The notes beneath the pieces were generated by a model. It ran no database searches and was not told where the DNA came from. It saw nothing but the letters and a program-made list of their open reading frames with translations. A stretch of 26,244 nucleotides of DNA from a virus (taxonomy: Duplodnaviria; Heunggongvirae; Uroviricota; Caudoviricetes): positions 1 through 26,244 of the IMG/VR virus record IMGVR_UViG_3300020577_006051; one strand, written 5' to 3'. Shown here one piece after another: positions 16,408 to 24,496 of the stretch (position 1 is the first letter of the stretch; the number at the start of each line of letters is the position of its first letter). The translations under genes and the position numbers were made by a program.

Positions 16408-18614
16408 GCGCTAGTCGATGCTCTTTGCAAAGAAATATCGCTTAAAATGAAATCTATTCCTTCCACTAATTTAACAACTACACTGATATTCACAGTGTTG
16501 CCGTTGATAGTTACAGTCAATTGTTTGAAGCCATTCTTAGCATCATCAGTCGAAACAGTGATTCCTTGTGCGAGGTAAGTCGCAAGGATCGATTCGCATG
16601 TTGATTTGATCTCAGCTGCGCTAACAGTGTTCTTCAAGCCAACATAGATGTTCTCAAGTTGCGAACGGAAGTCGAATGCAACAACGTCAGCAGCATATTG
16701 AACGTGAGCGCGGTTAAGAACCCAGTTTCCGTCTTTGCCGTAAGTTGTGTTGTCCAACACTAAGCGGAATCCGCCAGTTTGAGGAGCTTCCCAGAAGGTG
16801 ATACCGTTTTGGATAGCATCATCATACATTGTGTCAGCATCGAAGTCCATAACGATGTTTTGTTCATCAGTCGACATAGCTTGACCCGTTTGACGGATAC
16901 CGCTCATGTTGAAGAACTTGAATGTCATTGGGTTACCAACAGGCGATCCACCGCGCGCACCAGCGAGCATTGCAGCTCCTGCCCAAGGTTGGAACCATTT
17001 GATATTGCCTTCGCTGTCGATGTTGCGAATATCTTGGATAACCATTTGGATACGGCTAGTAGCCATAGTTTGTGCTTTGATCTTCGAGTTAGCATACGTA
17101 TCTTTAACAGACAAGTATCCTTGACGTTCAGAACGTTTCTTAGTTGTAGCCATCAAGCTCAAGTGTGTTTTAACAGCTTGATGAATAGCATCAATAGTGT
17201 ATGTCGAAGCAGGATCTGTTAATTGGTCAGCGATGTCTGCGGTTGCATCACGCGAGAACAATGGAACAACTGCGTTAACACGGAATTTCTCGAATTTCGA
17301 GAGAGCATTAGTGATCTCAGAACTTGCTGTCGCACCTTTCAATCCACCAGAAAGATAGATCTCAGCTTGTGTGTCAGGAAGACCAACGTAGGAATCAGTT
17401 CCCAATGTTGCTTGTTCAACGAACGAAGAAACAGAGAACATGTCGCGAACTTCTTGAGCATCTTTCTTGATTTGAGCAGGACGAATTGAAGCTGTACCGT
17501 TTGCACCTAATGCAGTTACGCGGTCAAGAACGCTTACTTGTAATTGTCCAAACAATGCTGTTGAAACTTCAGCAGACCAGTTACCACCAGTCGAAGAGTT
17601 GATATAGTCAGCTAATTCGCTGATGCTACCAAAATCAGCTTTACTAAGAACGTATTCGTTCGAAGCAGCGTTGATCAATAAAACTTGAGTAGCATTAACT
17701 GTAACTTGTGGAGTAGTACCACCGTTACGACCAATCTTAAGAACGATGTTACCACCAACAGTTGCTTCTTCGTCAACCAAAGTGCGCTTGTTGCTGATCT
17801 TGATCGTAGCCATATCTTCAGAGCTGGAAACTTTTAATCCAGTTGCGATTGGGAACGAACCTAAAAGAGTTCCGGAAACAACGTGGAAGTTACGTCCTGC
17901 ACCTTCTTTGTGAGGCGAACCAGAAACTGAACGAGTGATTGTCAATGTAGCGGCAGAATCAGTTCCACCAACGAGGAAAGTTAATCCAGCAGGAACGCCA
18001 CCAGACCAGTTACCACCAGTTGTTAAAGCGGTTTGCAATTCAGCAACAGTATCAGTTCCAGCAGAACCAGGAGAAGTCCAGGTATTGTCTGCTCCGCCTT
18101 GAACACGAACAACCAAAGTTTGTGTTCCTGTGCCAGAAGCCGTAAGGTCGAATGTACCAGCATGAACTGCAGTTGCAGGTGTTGCAGCTGTCAATGTGTT
18201 TTTGTAAGTTAATTTATTTCCGCCTGTTCCCCACTCGAGCGCACGCAATGATCCCCAGTTAGTTGCAACACTGGAAAGAGTTGCACGAACAGACGCGTTT
18301 GTTTTGTAGATGTAAACTGCAGATGCGCCAGATGGAATTGCTCCGTCTGCGCCAGGTGCAAACAAGAAATTACAAGCGTCAACCAAGTTACCGCGACCGT
18401 ATTTTTGACGAATCTGTGGAAGTTGATCTGGACTGAAAACATTGTTTGCAATGTTTGCTTCAGATGCGCCAGGAGCTCCAGCATCTGATTCACCAAAGAT
18501 GGCAACAATACCAGTAGGACTTAAAGGGAATCCACCACCTAAATCGATAGTGACTCTGGAATACGAACCCGGACGGTAAATCGTCGAGCCGTTAAATGAA
18601 ACGTTAATAGCCAT
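16404..18614 (-). CDS. Tail sheath protein (736 aa)
   Basis: N-terminus MAINVSFNGSTIYRPGSYSRV...GIVAIFGESDAG and sheath C-terminal domain (RLVLDNTTY...RAHVQYAADVV...LVEGIDFIL). True start is the ATG at 18614 with a GGAG SD, not 18629. No intein seen. Confidence 0.92.
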   Translation of the reverse strand: MAINVSFNGSTIYRPGSYSRVTIDLGGGFPLSPTGIVAIFGESDAGAPGASEANIANNVFSPDQLPQIRQKYGRGNLVDACNFLFAPGADGAIPSGASAVYIYKTNASVRATLSSVATNWGSLRALEWGTGGNKLTYKNTLTAATPATAVHAGTFDLTASGTGTQTLVVRVQGGADNTWTSPGSAGTDTVAELQTALTTGGNWSGGVPAGLTFLVGGTDSAATLTITRSVSGSPHKEGAGRNFHVVSGTLLGSFPIATGLKVSSSEDMATIKISNKRTLVDEEATVGGNIVLKIGRNGGTTPQVTVNATQVLLINAASNEYVLSKADFGSISELADYINSSTGGNWSAEVSTALFGQLQVSVLDRVTALGANGTASIRPAQIKKDAQEVRDMFSVSSFVEQATLGTDSYVGLPDTQAEIYLSGGLKGATASSEITNALSKFEKFRVNAVVPLFSRDATADIADQLTDPASTYTIDAIHQAVKTHLSLMATTKKRSERQGYLSVKDTYANSKIKAQTMATSRIQMVIQDIRNIDSEGNIKWFQPWAGAAMLAGARGGSPVGNPMTFKFFNMSGIRQTGQAMSTDEQNIVMDFDADTMYDDAIQNGITFWEAPQTGGFRLVLDNTTYGKDGNWVLNRAHVQYAADVVAFDFRSQLENIYVGLKNTVSAAEIKSTCESILATYLAQGITVSTDDAKNGFKQLTVTINGNTVNISVVVKLVEGIDFILSDISLQRASTSA

Positions 18615-18648
18615 ATGTGTGTTCTCCAATGTTAGAGCTAACTAACAA

Positions 18649-18656
18649 ATTATAAC
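18649..18656 (-). promoter_or_regulatory. -10-type element GTTATAAT upstream of the sheath
   Basis: TGTTATAAT 34 nt before the ATG at 18614. Confidence 0.55.
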
Positions 18657-18715
18657 ACAGCAAGTTCCCTAAGTTCTTTTATGGTAGGAGAATTAACTTA
18701 ATAAGAACCGACAAT

Positions 18716-19000
18716 TTATAACTTAATGCCGTACTTTGCTAGAGCTTCATCGTACTGAGCTAATGTGGCCAATTTTTGCATACCACGAGCTTTCATGTCA
18801 GCTTTGATGATTTCTTTATAGTGGTGACGTGGAATTTTAGGAGAACGTAGTGCCCACCAACTGTCAAATTCAACTAAATCAGCTGCAGGTGCTGGAACTT
18901 CTTCTGGAGCAGACTCTTCTTGAGCTTCTACTACTTCTTCTTCTAAAACTTCTTCCATAGGTTCACCCTGTAGTTGTTTGTTTTTATTCTTCTTGCTCAT
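18716..19000 (-). CDS. Small virion-associated protein preceding the sheath
   Basis: AAGGAG SD and GTATAAT; acidic N-half and compact C-domain (VEFDSWW...). A small gene occupies this slot in SPO1/Twort-like phages (synteny recalled). Confidence 0.65.
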   Translation of the reverse strand: MSKKNKNKQLQGEPMEEVLEEEVVEAQEESAPEEVPAPAADLVEFDSWWALRSPKIPRHHYKEIIKADMKARGMQKLATLAQYDEALAKYGIKL

Positions 19001-19019
19001 AGTTATTCTCCTTTAGCCC

Positions 19020-19026
19020 ATTATAC
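19020..19026 (-). promoter_or_regulatory. -10-type element GTATAAT upstream of the 94-aa gene
   Basis: 19 nt before the ATG, in a 28-nt gap. Confidence 0.5.
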
Positions 19027-19028
19027 CG

Positions 19029-19772
19029 TTAAATGTTTTGATCTTCTTCACCTTCGTCGTCGCCTGCACGGCTAGCACGAAGACCAGGACTAGTGGTGGT
19101 ACTTACTTCTGTAATGTCAACATCTAACGATGCTGCGATATCGCTGTATGGCTGATCACTCTCATGCCAATCTGTATTTAAGTCATCAATTTCATTGAAA
19201 GAATCGCCGGACCAGAAGTTTTGAGTTGTGCAACGGAAGCGAACCCAGCGAGTCCAAACGTTCTCAGCCATATACTTAGCTTCTTTATTATAGTCAGATG
19301 CACTGAATGTATGAAGCTTAAGACCAAGTCTGTCGGCCATCATCTTGTTCTTGAATAGGATATATGAAAGGATGTAGTACATCCACAGAACATGGTCGCC
19401 AGCTTTGTTAGCATGAATACCGATGTCCAACATAACTGTAAATACCCCAGTTCCTGTTTCAGCCTCTCCAGTGAAATCACCGGCGTAGTCACCAATAGCT
19501 GCTTTACCTTCATCTTCTTGTTCTGTAGCAAGATGGATAGAGAAGCATGGAACCTTCTGAGCATTAAAGGACCAGGCTTTAAGAACTGGAAGCTTAGTTG
19601 TGCTGAACCAATCCCATAGATCGTCTACATACTTTGTTCCATACTCAACTTCCAACTCATCTTGAGTGTATTGACAGAACAGATCGTAGAATGCAGGCTT
19701 GTTTGCGCGAAGCTGCTTAAGACCGATAGTGATCAGGCGCTGCATTACGATTTCTGGAAGAACAAAACTCAT
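19029..19772 (-). CDS. Tail terminator / tail completion protein (T4 gp15/gp3-like position)
   Basis: Start corrected to ATG 19772 (MSFVLPE, ATGA overlap with the upstream stop); pattern KVPCFSIHLATEQED...MLDIGIHA...VWTRWVRFRC; position between neck and sheath. Confidence 0.65.
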   Translation of the reverse strand: MSFVLPEIVMQRLITIGLKQLRANKPAFYDLFCQYTQDELEVEYGTKYVDDLWDWFSTTKLPVLKAWSFNAQKVPCFSIHLATEQEDEGKAAIGDYAGDFTGEAETGTGVFTVMLDIGIHANKAGDHVLWMYYILSYILFKNKMMADRLGLKLHTFSASDYNKEAKYMAENVWTRWVRFRCTTQNFWSGDSFNEIDDLNTDWHESDQPYSDIAASLDVDITEVSTTTSPGLRASRAGDDEGEEDQNI

Positions 19773-20401
19773 ACAAAATCCTCGTATTCTTTTATAGTCC
19801 AAAGGATTATGTTATCGACTTCTTTCTGTAAGTTGTCGTTGATCTCAACTAGATCCCAAGTAAAGTCTTTCTCTTTCTCTGGCATAACCCACTGAGTATT
19901 ACTGTCTTGCTTACTAGTAGCCGTTCTAAACTTTGGTGCGCCTTGTGGTGCTATCTTATTATACTGCTTTTTAGCTGACTCCAACCGTTCGGCTGTAACA
20001 GCTTTCTGAGCGTCAAAAATATTATTAGCTATCGTGGGCTTATCACTCTTACCACCGACCGGAATAACTTTGTAAACACCAGATCCATCCTTCATGGGCT
20101 TTGCGTTATTCAACAATCTAGGAAGCATTGGGAATGGAGGTTCTGTGAAGTCTGTTTGGTTATTACTAGTTATAATCCCAGGTTCGAAAGGATTCTCAGA
20201 TAGTTGATTGATGAAGTCGATAGAACGTTTCTCAACACCAGCTGCAATAGCTTGATCCATTGCTTCTTGAACTTTTTGCTGCAACGCCTGCTCAATTACT
20301 GATGCAGCTTTTGCTACTACTTTATTAGCGGTCTCTTCGTCCATGCCGCGAGATACTAACGTTGATCTTAATCTGTTGAGTTCGTGTTCTTTATTTACCA
20401 T
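19769..20401 (-). CDS. Neck/tail completion protein (HK97 gp10-like position)
   Basis: C-terminal FRTATSKQDSNTQWVMP matches the FRT-x(7-9)-W-x-x-P signature recalled for this family; position before the terminator. Confidence 0.55.
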   Translation of the reverse strand: MVNKEHELNRLRSTLVSRGMDEETANKVVAKAASVIEQALQQKVQEAMDQAIAAGVEKRSIDFINQLSENPFEPGIITSNNQTDFTEPPFPMLPRLLNNAKPMKDGSGVYKVIPVGGKSDKPTIANNIFDAQKAVTAERLESAKKQYNKIAPQGAPKFRTATSKQDSNTQWVMPEKEKDFTWDLVEINDNLQKEVDNIILWTIKEYEDFV

Positions 20402-21002
20402 TGGAGCGATTAGACTTTCTTAAATTATCTTTAGCCCACAATGGTTGAAGATTAGTGTAATGACAAGCTTCAAGTAATTCATTTCTGTCTGTTAAATCAA
20501 AACTGCTCAATGGCTTAATATGATCAATATGCCAACCATCTTTAGACCAATTATCCCAAGTCATGCCTGGTTGGAATAATGATTCCAGATAAGTTTTAAA
20601 TTCATTAACAGAGCAACCAAGATCCTGAACAGCTGAACCTATTTTCTGATTATTTTTTAAAGCAGAAAATAGTCTATTTCTAAGTGCTAAAGATATTTTT
20701 CTGTGTAAGTTGTTGTTTTTATAATCTTTAGCTTTTTTAGCTAATGTTTGTTTATTTAATTCTTTGTATTTTTTATAATATTTAGCATGTTCTTGTGGTT
20801 TTTTAGCTTTATATTCTTGGCGATAATTTTTATTTTGTTTTAAAAAATTTAAATAATTATTGTAACGTTTTGATTTATTTTTTTTATTATGAGTAGATGT
20901 ACATTGCTTACATTTACCGGATAAGCCATCTTTATTAGATTTATGCTTATAAAAATTAAAGACTTCTAAAGTAATTTGACATTTGCTACACTTTTTAAAC
21001 AT
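20391..21002 (-). CDS. Free-standing HNH homing endonuclease with N-terminal zinc finger
   Basis: KKCSKC...F...KDGLSGKCKQC; LGCSVNEFKTYLESLF..GMTWDNW...WHIDHIKP...CHYTNLQPLWAKDN; very AT-rich; paralogous to 15754-16407. Confidence 0.88.
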   Translation of the reverse strand: MFKKCSKCQITLEVFNFYKHKSNKDGLSGKCKQCTSTHNKKNKSKRYNNYLNFLKQNKNYRQEYKAKKPQEHAKYYKKYKELNKQTLAKKAKDYKNNNLHRKISLALRNRLFSALKNNQKIGSAVQDLGCSVNEFKTYLESLFQPGMTWDNWSKDGWHIDHIKPLSSFDLTDRNELLEACHYTNLQPLWAKDNLRKSNRSNGK

Positions 21003-21007
21003 AGCAA

Positions 21008-22507
21008 TTATCTTTTCTTATTTAAAGCTTTTGCTTTTAAATCATGAAGGAAGTTTTCCTTCTCTAGAGAAGTCCACTCAGATGTAAACGAAATAGTGAT
21101 CTTGCCGTTTGGGGAAATCTCTACTTGTGGACGAGGAAGGTAAGGGTAGTTTTCGCTATGTACCGTAACTGGATTTGCTGGTTTAGCAGAGAAAGCTTCG
21201 ATGGTTTGTGGTTTCTTCTCCATCTCTTCCATCTTAGTTTGTAGTTCGCGCAAGCGTGCTTCAACCTGATCGAGTTCTTTCGAAGCTTGATCACCAAGTT
21301 GATTGTGTTTACCAGCAACGTCGTGAACCAAACCTTCAAGACGATCGAACAGCTTCATCATCCGACCTTCAACTTGTTGAAGATCAACTGCCATGCTGTT
21401 GCGCATGTTCTCGCGAATGCTTTCCATCTCACTGTAGATGTTGCCGATGTTGTGACGCTTGTAGTTATCGACCAAAGAATTGATGCCACCTTCGATTGCG
21501 TCATCACTAAGGTTACTATCCTGAAGAATTTCAAGCTGATTCTCGTCTTCTGGTAGATACCATTCAAATACACTCATTAATGCAGCGGTTAATTCTGGCA
21601 GAGATTTGTGAGTGAATTGATAAACTACTTTATGTCCGTCAGCAACGCGACCAGAGTAAACATCGTTCATGTGCTTGCGAAGACTGACTGTGTAAGTGTC
21701 GATATGAAAGTCTTTAAACGACTCATCGGTCATATCTGACACTGCTTCTTTTAATTTTCTAAATAAGCCGTTACCGACAAGCTTTAAAGCATCGCCGTGA
21801 GTAACTTCAAATACTGCATCACCTTTTTGGCGGATGATATTCTTCGAAAGATTTTCCATAGCTAACAAACCTTTTAACGATTTGCCAAGCTTTTCTTTGA
21901 TCATGTATTTAAGTGGTTCAACGCAGCAGTCACGAAGTTTATCCCAAGGAATATCTTGTGGTTCGTACCATTTCCAATCTTTAACTTCATCAGTAGATTT
22001 AGGAGTTCCCTTGACTGAGTCAACTAAATAGATAGTGACATGGTTGCCAGCGTTCTTGAACTCATAAACTTTTTGAGGATTATGACCTTCTAGTCCCGAT
22101 TCTTCTTTTAATTCGCGTAGTGCGGCTAATTCATAACTCATGTCAGATGCATCAACGTGTCCACCAGCAAAAGCTAATCCGCCGTGTTGGTGACGGCCAA
22201 GAAGAACGCGATTGTTGTTGTCCATTACTAACGTGCCAACTGCTTGACCGTTGTAGTAATCTTGAAATGCTTTACTTAATTCTTTTTTTGACTTGCCATG
22301 CTTCTCAGCGTGTTTCTTGTGATGTTCGTGAGTCCATGAACCACCACGATCTTCACCATGTTGCTCTGGAGCATCTTTACCTGGATCAGTGTATTTTGCT
22401 GCAACTGAAGCCGGTGGACGTCCGCGTGAACCACCTTTGTCGCCACCCTTGCCATGTAAAATGGCTTGCATCATGCGATATTGTTTACGCGAGACAGCTT
22501 GTGGCAT
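21008..22507 (-). CDS. Multidomain protein with Nudix hydrolase domain, probably virion/head associated
   Basis: Nudix box GGHVDASDMSYELAALRELKEESGL (~22091-22166) with the upstream strand RVLLGR; basic/His-rich N-terminus; C-terminal coiled coil. GTTATAAT and GGAG SD upstream. Confidence 0.8.
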   Translation of the reverse strand: MPQAVSRKQYRMMQAILHGKGGDKGGSRGRPPASVAAKYTDPGKDAPEQHGEDRGGSWTHEHHKKHAEKHGKSKKELSKAFQDYYNGQAVGTLVMDNNNRVLLGRHQHGGLAFAGGHVDASDMSYELAALRELKEESGLEGHNPQKVYEFKNAGNHVTIYLVDSVKGTPKSTDEVKDWKWYEPQDIPWDKLRDCCVEPLKYMIKEKLGKSLKGLLAMENLSKNIIRQKGDAVFEVTHGDALKLVGNGLFRKLKEAVSDMTDESFKDFHIDTYTVSLRKHMNDVYSGRVADGHKVVYQFTHKSLPELTAALMSVFEWYLPEDENQLEILQDSNLSDDAIEGGINSLVDNYKRHNIGNIYSEMESIRENMRNSMAVDLQQVEGRMMKLFDRLEGLVHDVAGKHNQLGDQASKELDQVEARLRELQTKMEEMEKKPQTIEAFSAKPANPVTVHSENYPYLPRPQVEISPNGKITISFTSEWTSLEKENFLHDLKAKALNKKR

Positions 22508-22533
22508 TTAAAAACTCCATACTTGATACAGCT

Positions 22534-22556
22534 ATTATAACCTAATTATTAGGTTA
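22534..22556 (-). promoter_or_regulatory. GTTATAAT element overlapped by a 9-bp perfect inverted repeat, upstream of the Nudix gene
   Basis: TAACCTAAT-T-ATTAGGTTA (22538-22556) overlaps the -10 at 22534-22541, 26 nt before the ATG. Confidence 0.5.
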
Positions 22557-22558
22557 GC

Positions 22559-23377
22559 TTATGTACCTGCTCCTGCAAATTTTTCTCCGGATCCAACCAT
22601 GAAATCGCGTTTCACGAGGATCTGCATCGGTAACCGCTTAGCTTGTTTTACCCCATTAACCATTTGTTGTGTGATTCTAAGTTCACGTAAAGATTGAACT
22701 ACTACGTAAACAGGGTGGGCAAAATAGCTAAATGTGATTGTTTCACCAACATCGCGATCAGCGTCGTAGAAAGGTTCTTTTCCTGGGATCCATTGAATGG
22801 CACCCTCAGGAGTAATGTTGAAGTCGACGCCGGTTTCGTAGAAGCGTTGAACACCGTCGCTGATTGAAGTAGCGTACTCGATACTGGTGATAGGATAACG
22901 TAGCTCCTGAAGGCCTCCTGGACGAGGTTCATACTCTTTCATCTCCCACAGACGAACTTCGAAATCTGGCATCTCTAGTCGATCATAAGTATTAAAGTCT
23001 GCTTGAGTTCCGTCTGGATATTCAGTTGGAAGGGTCATAACTGCAGAACCAACTTCCCAGATACCGTGAGCTTCGAAAGTCTTTTCAATGGAGTTGCCAG
23101 CGAACACGCCCCAGATTTCTTTCTCACCGTAGTAAAGAATTCCTGAGTCATCGCAGAATTCACAGTCAGGTTGGTGAGCATTAGTGTTCAATGATTGAAC
23201 GTTAGGGCAAGGAACAGCTTTGCGATGGATACATCTGATACCGCGCTGTTGAAGCAACTGATCAAAGCTTTCGCCTCTGATACTAGGATCAGGAATCCAA
23301 ACTGGCATAGGTGATGGACCAGAGGTAACACTCTGCGCTGGAGGTGGATATACTTGGTCTGGTTTCTTCATGCTCAT
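22559..23377 (-). CDS. Head closure / neck protein (T4 gp14-like position) with Cys motif
   Basis: Start corrected to ATG 23377 (GAGGA SD). FDQLLQQRG..C.H....CP...CEFCDDSG.LY and FNTYDRL match the head-closure pattern recalled for large myoviruses. Confidence 0.65.
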   Translation of the reverse strand: MSMKKPDQVYPPPAQSVTSGPSPMPVWIPDPSIRGESFDQLLQQRGIRCIHRKAVPCPNVQSLNTNAHQPDCEFCDDSGILYYGEKEIWGVFAGNSIEKTFEAHGIWEVGSAVMTLPTEYPDGTQADFNTYDRLEMPDFEVRLWEMKEYEPRPGGLQELRYPITSIEYATSISDGVQRFYETGVDFNITPEGAIQWIPGKEPFYDADRDVGETITFSYFAHPVYVVVQSLRELRITQQMVNGVKQAKRLPMQILVKRDFMVGSGEKFAGAGT

Positions 23378-23400
23378 ACTGTGGTCCTCACTATATTGCA

Positions 23401-23448
23401 ATTATACCAGAATGTCACCCGCGCGTTGAATCAGATATCTTGTATAAT
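23401..23448. promoter_or_regulatory. Back-to-back divergent GTATAAT elements
   Basis: Minus-strand element at 23401-23407 (23 nt before the neck gene) and plus-strand element at 23442-23448 (20 nt before the 4-Cys gene). Confidence 0.55.
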
Positions 23449-23468
23449 TTATTAGGGAAATTAAATAA

Positions 23469-23744
23469 ATGAATGATATCGAAATTTTAGAAAAACTCAT
23501 AGAACAAGAAGGCGAGTGTAGTAATTTTGCCAACGACGAGATATGTGCTAAATGTCCGATGTCTAAACTAAAGATCAGACCTGATGGATCTTTCTACGCC
23601 TGCGTTGATGCGATGGATATATCCGATATTATTATAAATGCAGGAGTAACCGAAGATATTAACGCAATCATAAATAAACGTTACTTAGAAGCAGCGAAGC
23701 GAATTCTCGCAGATAAACGTATAGAAGAGATGTTGGAGGATTGA
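23469..23744 (+). CDS. 4-Cys hypothetical protein A
   Basis: ILEKLIEQEGEC-x8-C-x2-CP-x15-C; GTATAAT 20 nt upstream; paralogue of the next gene. Confidence 0.75.
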   Translation: MNDIEILEKLIEQEGECSNFANDEICAKCPMSKLKIRPDGSFYACVDAMDISDIIINAGVTEDINAIINKRYLEAAKRILADKRIEEMLED

Positions 23745-23992
23745 TGTTGTCATCTTCGGATCGCAAGATCCTAGAGCAGATCATAGAAGTTGAAGGTCAA
23801 TGTCTGCTCTCTCAAAGATGTCATCAATGTCCCTTCCGTGCTATGTGCCTACCAGAATTTCTAAATGTAAGTCCACTCTCCCACTCACAGCGTAAGAATA
23901 TGGCGATGGATGTCATTTCGTACAATGACATATTAGAAGATGAAACTGCATTGGAATCCATCAATGAATCGCGAAACAAATCAAAGATCTAA
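23744..23992 (+). CDS. 4-Cys hypothetical protein B
   Basis: ILEQIIEVEGQC-x5-C-x2-CP-x4-C; TGATG overlap and GGAGG SD support the ATG at 23744. Confidence 0.75.
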   Translation: MLSSSDRKILEQIIEVEGQCLLSQRCHQCPFRAMCLPEFLNVSPLSHSQRKNMAMDVISYNDILEDETALESINESRNKSKI

Positions 23993-24058
23993 GTCCAACT
24001 ACAACTGAGAACATGGTACTATTAAGTTAGATAGTTAATCTACTTTTTGGAGGATGCC

Positions 24059-24220
24059 ATGCAACAAAAAGATCTATCTAGTGCTACGGAAAATAAAGAA
24101 GCCATCAAAACGATGGCCCTCATGAATCTTCACTATCTTGTAAATGTCTTACTTTACGATCACAAGTTGAATCACTTCTCCAACAAGTACTCGGCAGGAA
24201 TGCAGTCGAACTTCTTGTAA
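24059..24220 (+). CDS. Small hypothetical protein (53 aa)
   Basis: GGAGG SD then ATG; MQQKDLSSATENKEAIKTMALMNLHYLVNVLLYDHKLNHFSNKYSAGMQSNFL. Below the ORF-track cutoff; its end overlaps the convergent lipoprotein gene by 49 nt. Confidence 0.5.
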   Translation: MQQKDLSSATENKEAIKTMALMNLHYLVNVLLYDHKLNHFSNKYSAGMQSNFL

Positions 24221-24465
24221 GTTGGATCGTACTTGGTGCAATCAACAACACCGCAAACCAATCCTTGCGTTCCCATGTGCTTTGTCTCGACCAAGCCTTC
24301 TTCTGTAGGAATGATGGTATCGATGTTGTACACTTTCAAAGTGCACTGTTTCGTCTTCTCGCTTCCAACTAACTGATACTCACGATGAACGTTAACGTCG
24401 CTGACGCTACGTACACTAACACAACTGACCAAACCTAACGCAAGCAATGTAAAAGCAACCTTCAT
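24172..24465 (-). CDS. Putative lipoprotein with four extra cysteines
   Basis: MKVAFTLLALGLVSC: basic start, hydrophobic core, lipobox L-V-S-C; AAGGAG SD; GTATAAT upstream. Confidence 0.75.
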   Translation of the reverse strand: MKVAFTLLALGLVSCVSVRSVSDVNVHREYQLVGSEKTKQCTLKVYNIDTIIPTEEGLVETKHMGTQGLVCGVVDCTKYDPTYKKFDCIPAEYLLEK

Positions 24466-24496
24466 GTTTTCTCCTTGTTTTGATGGCGCGGGCTTT

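Noticed and set aside
16404-17500. High frequency of TCGA and GATC (about 11 TCGA in ~1 kb by eye)
   Set aside because: Explained by preferred TTC/ATC codons followed by GAN codons; shows only a lack of site avoidance, not a distinct element.
4463-18614. Interpretation as an extracellular contractile injection system (AFP/PVC/tailocin) or T6SS
   Set aside because: Head-closure and neck genes, G/GT-type chaperones, a long tape measure, free-standing HNH genes and dense mini-ORFs indicate a phage; no AAA+ ATPase, toxin cargo or membrane complex seen.
16404-18614. Intein or intron in the enlarged sheath
   Set aside because: No C/S...HN-C/S/T splice junctions or LAGLIDADG motifs; the extra length is a G/T/S-rich beta insertion and the frame is continuous.
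4455-22932. Many plus-strand and off-frame ORFs nested in tail genes (e.g. 4455-4715, 9624-9935, 15017-15397, 16779-17222, 22120-22545)
   Set aside because: Fully overlap well-supported minus-strand genes; typical of stop-poor antisense frames.
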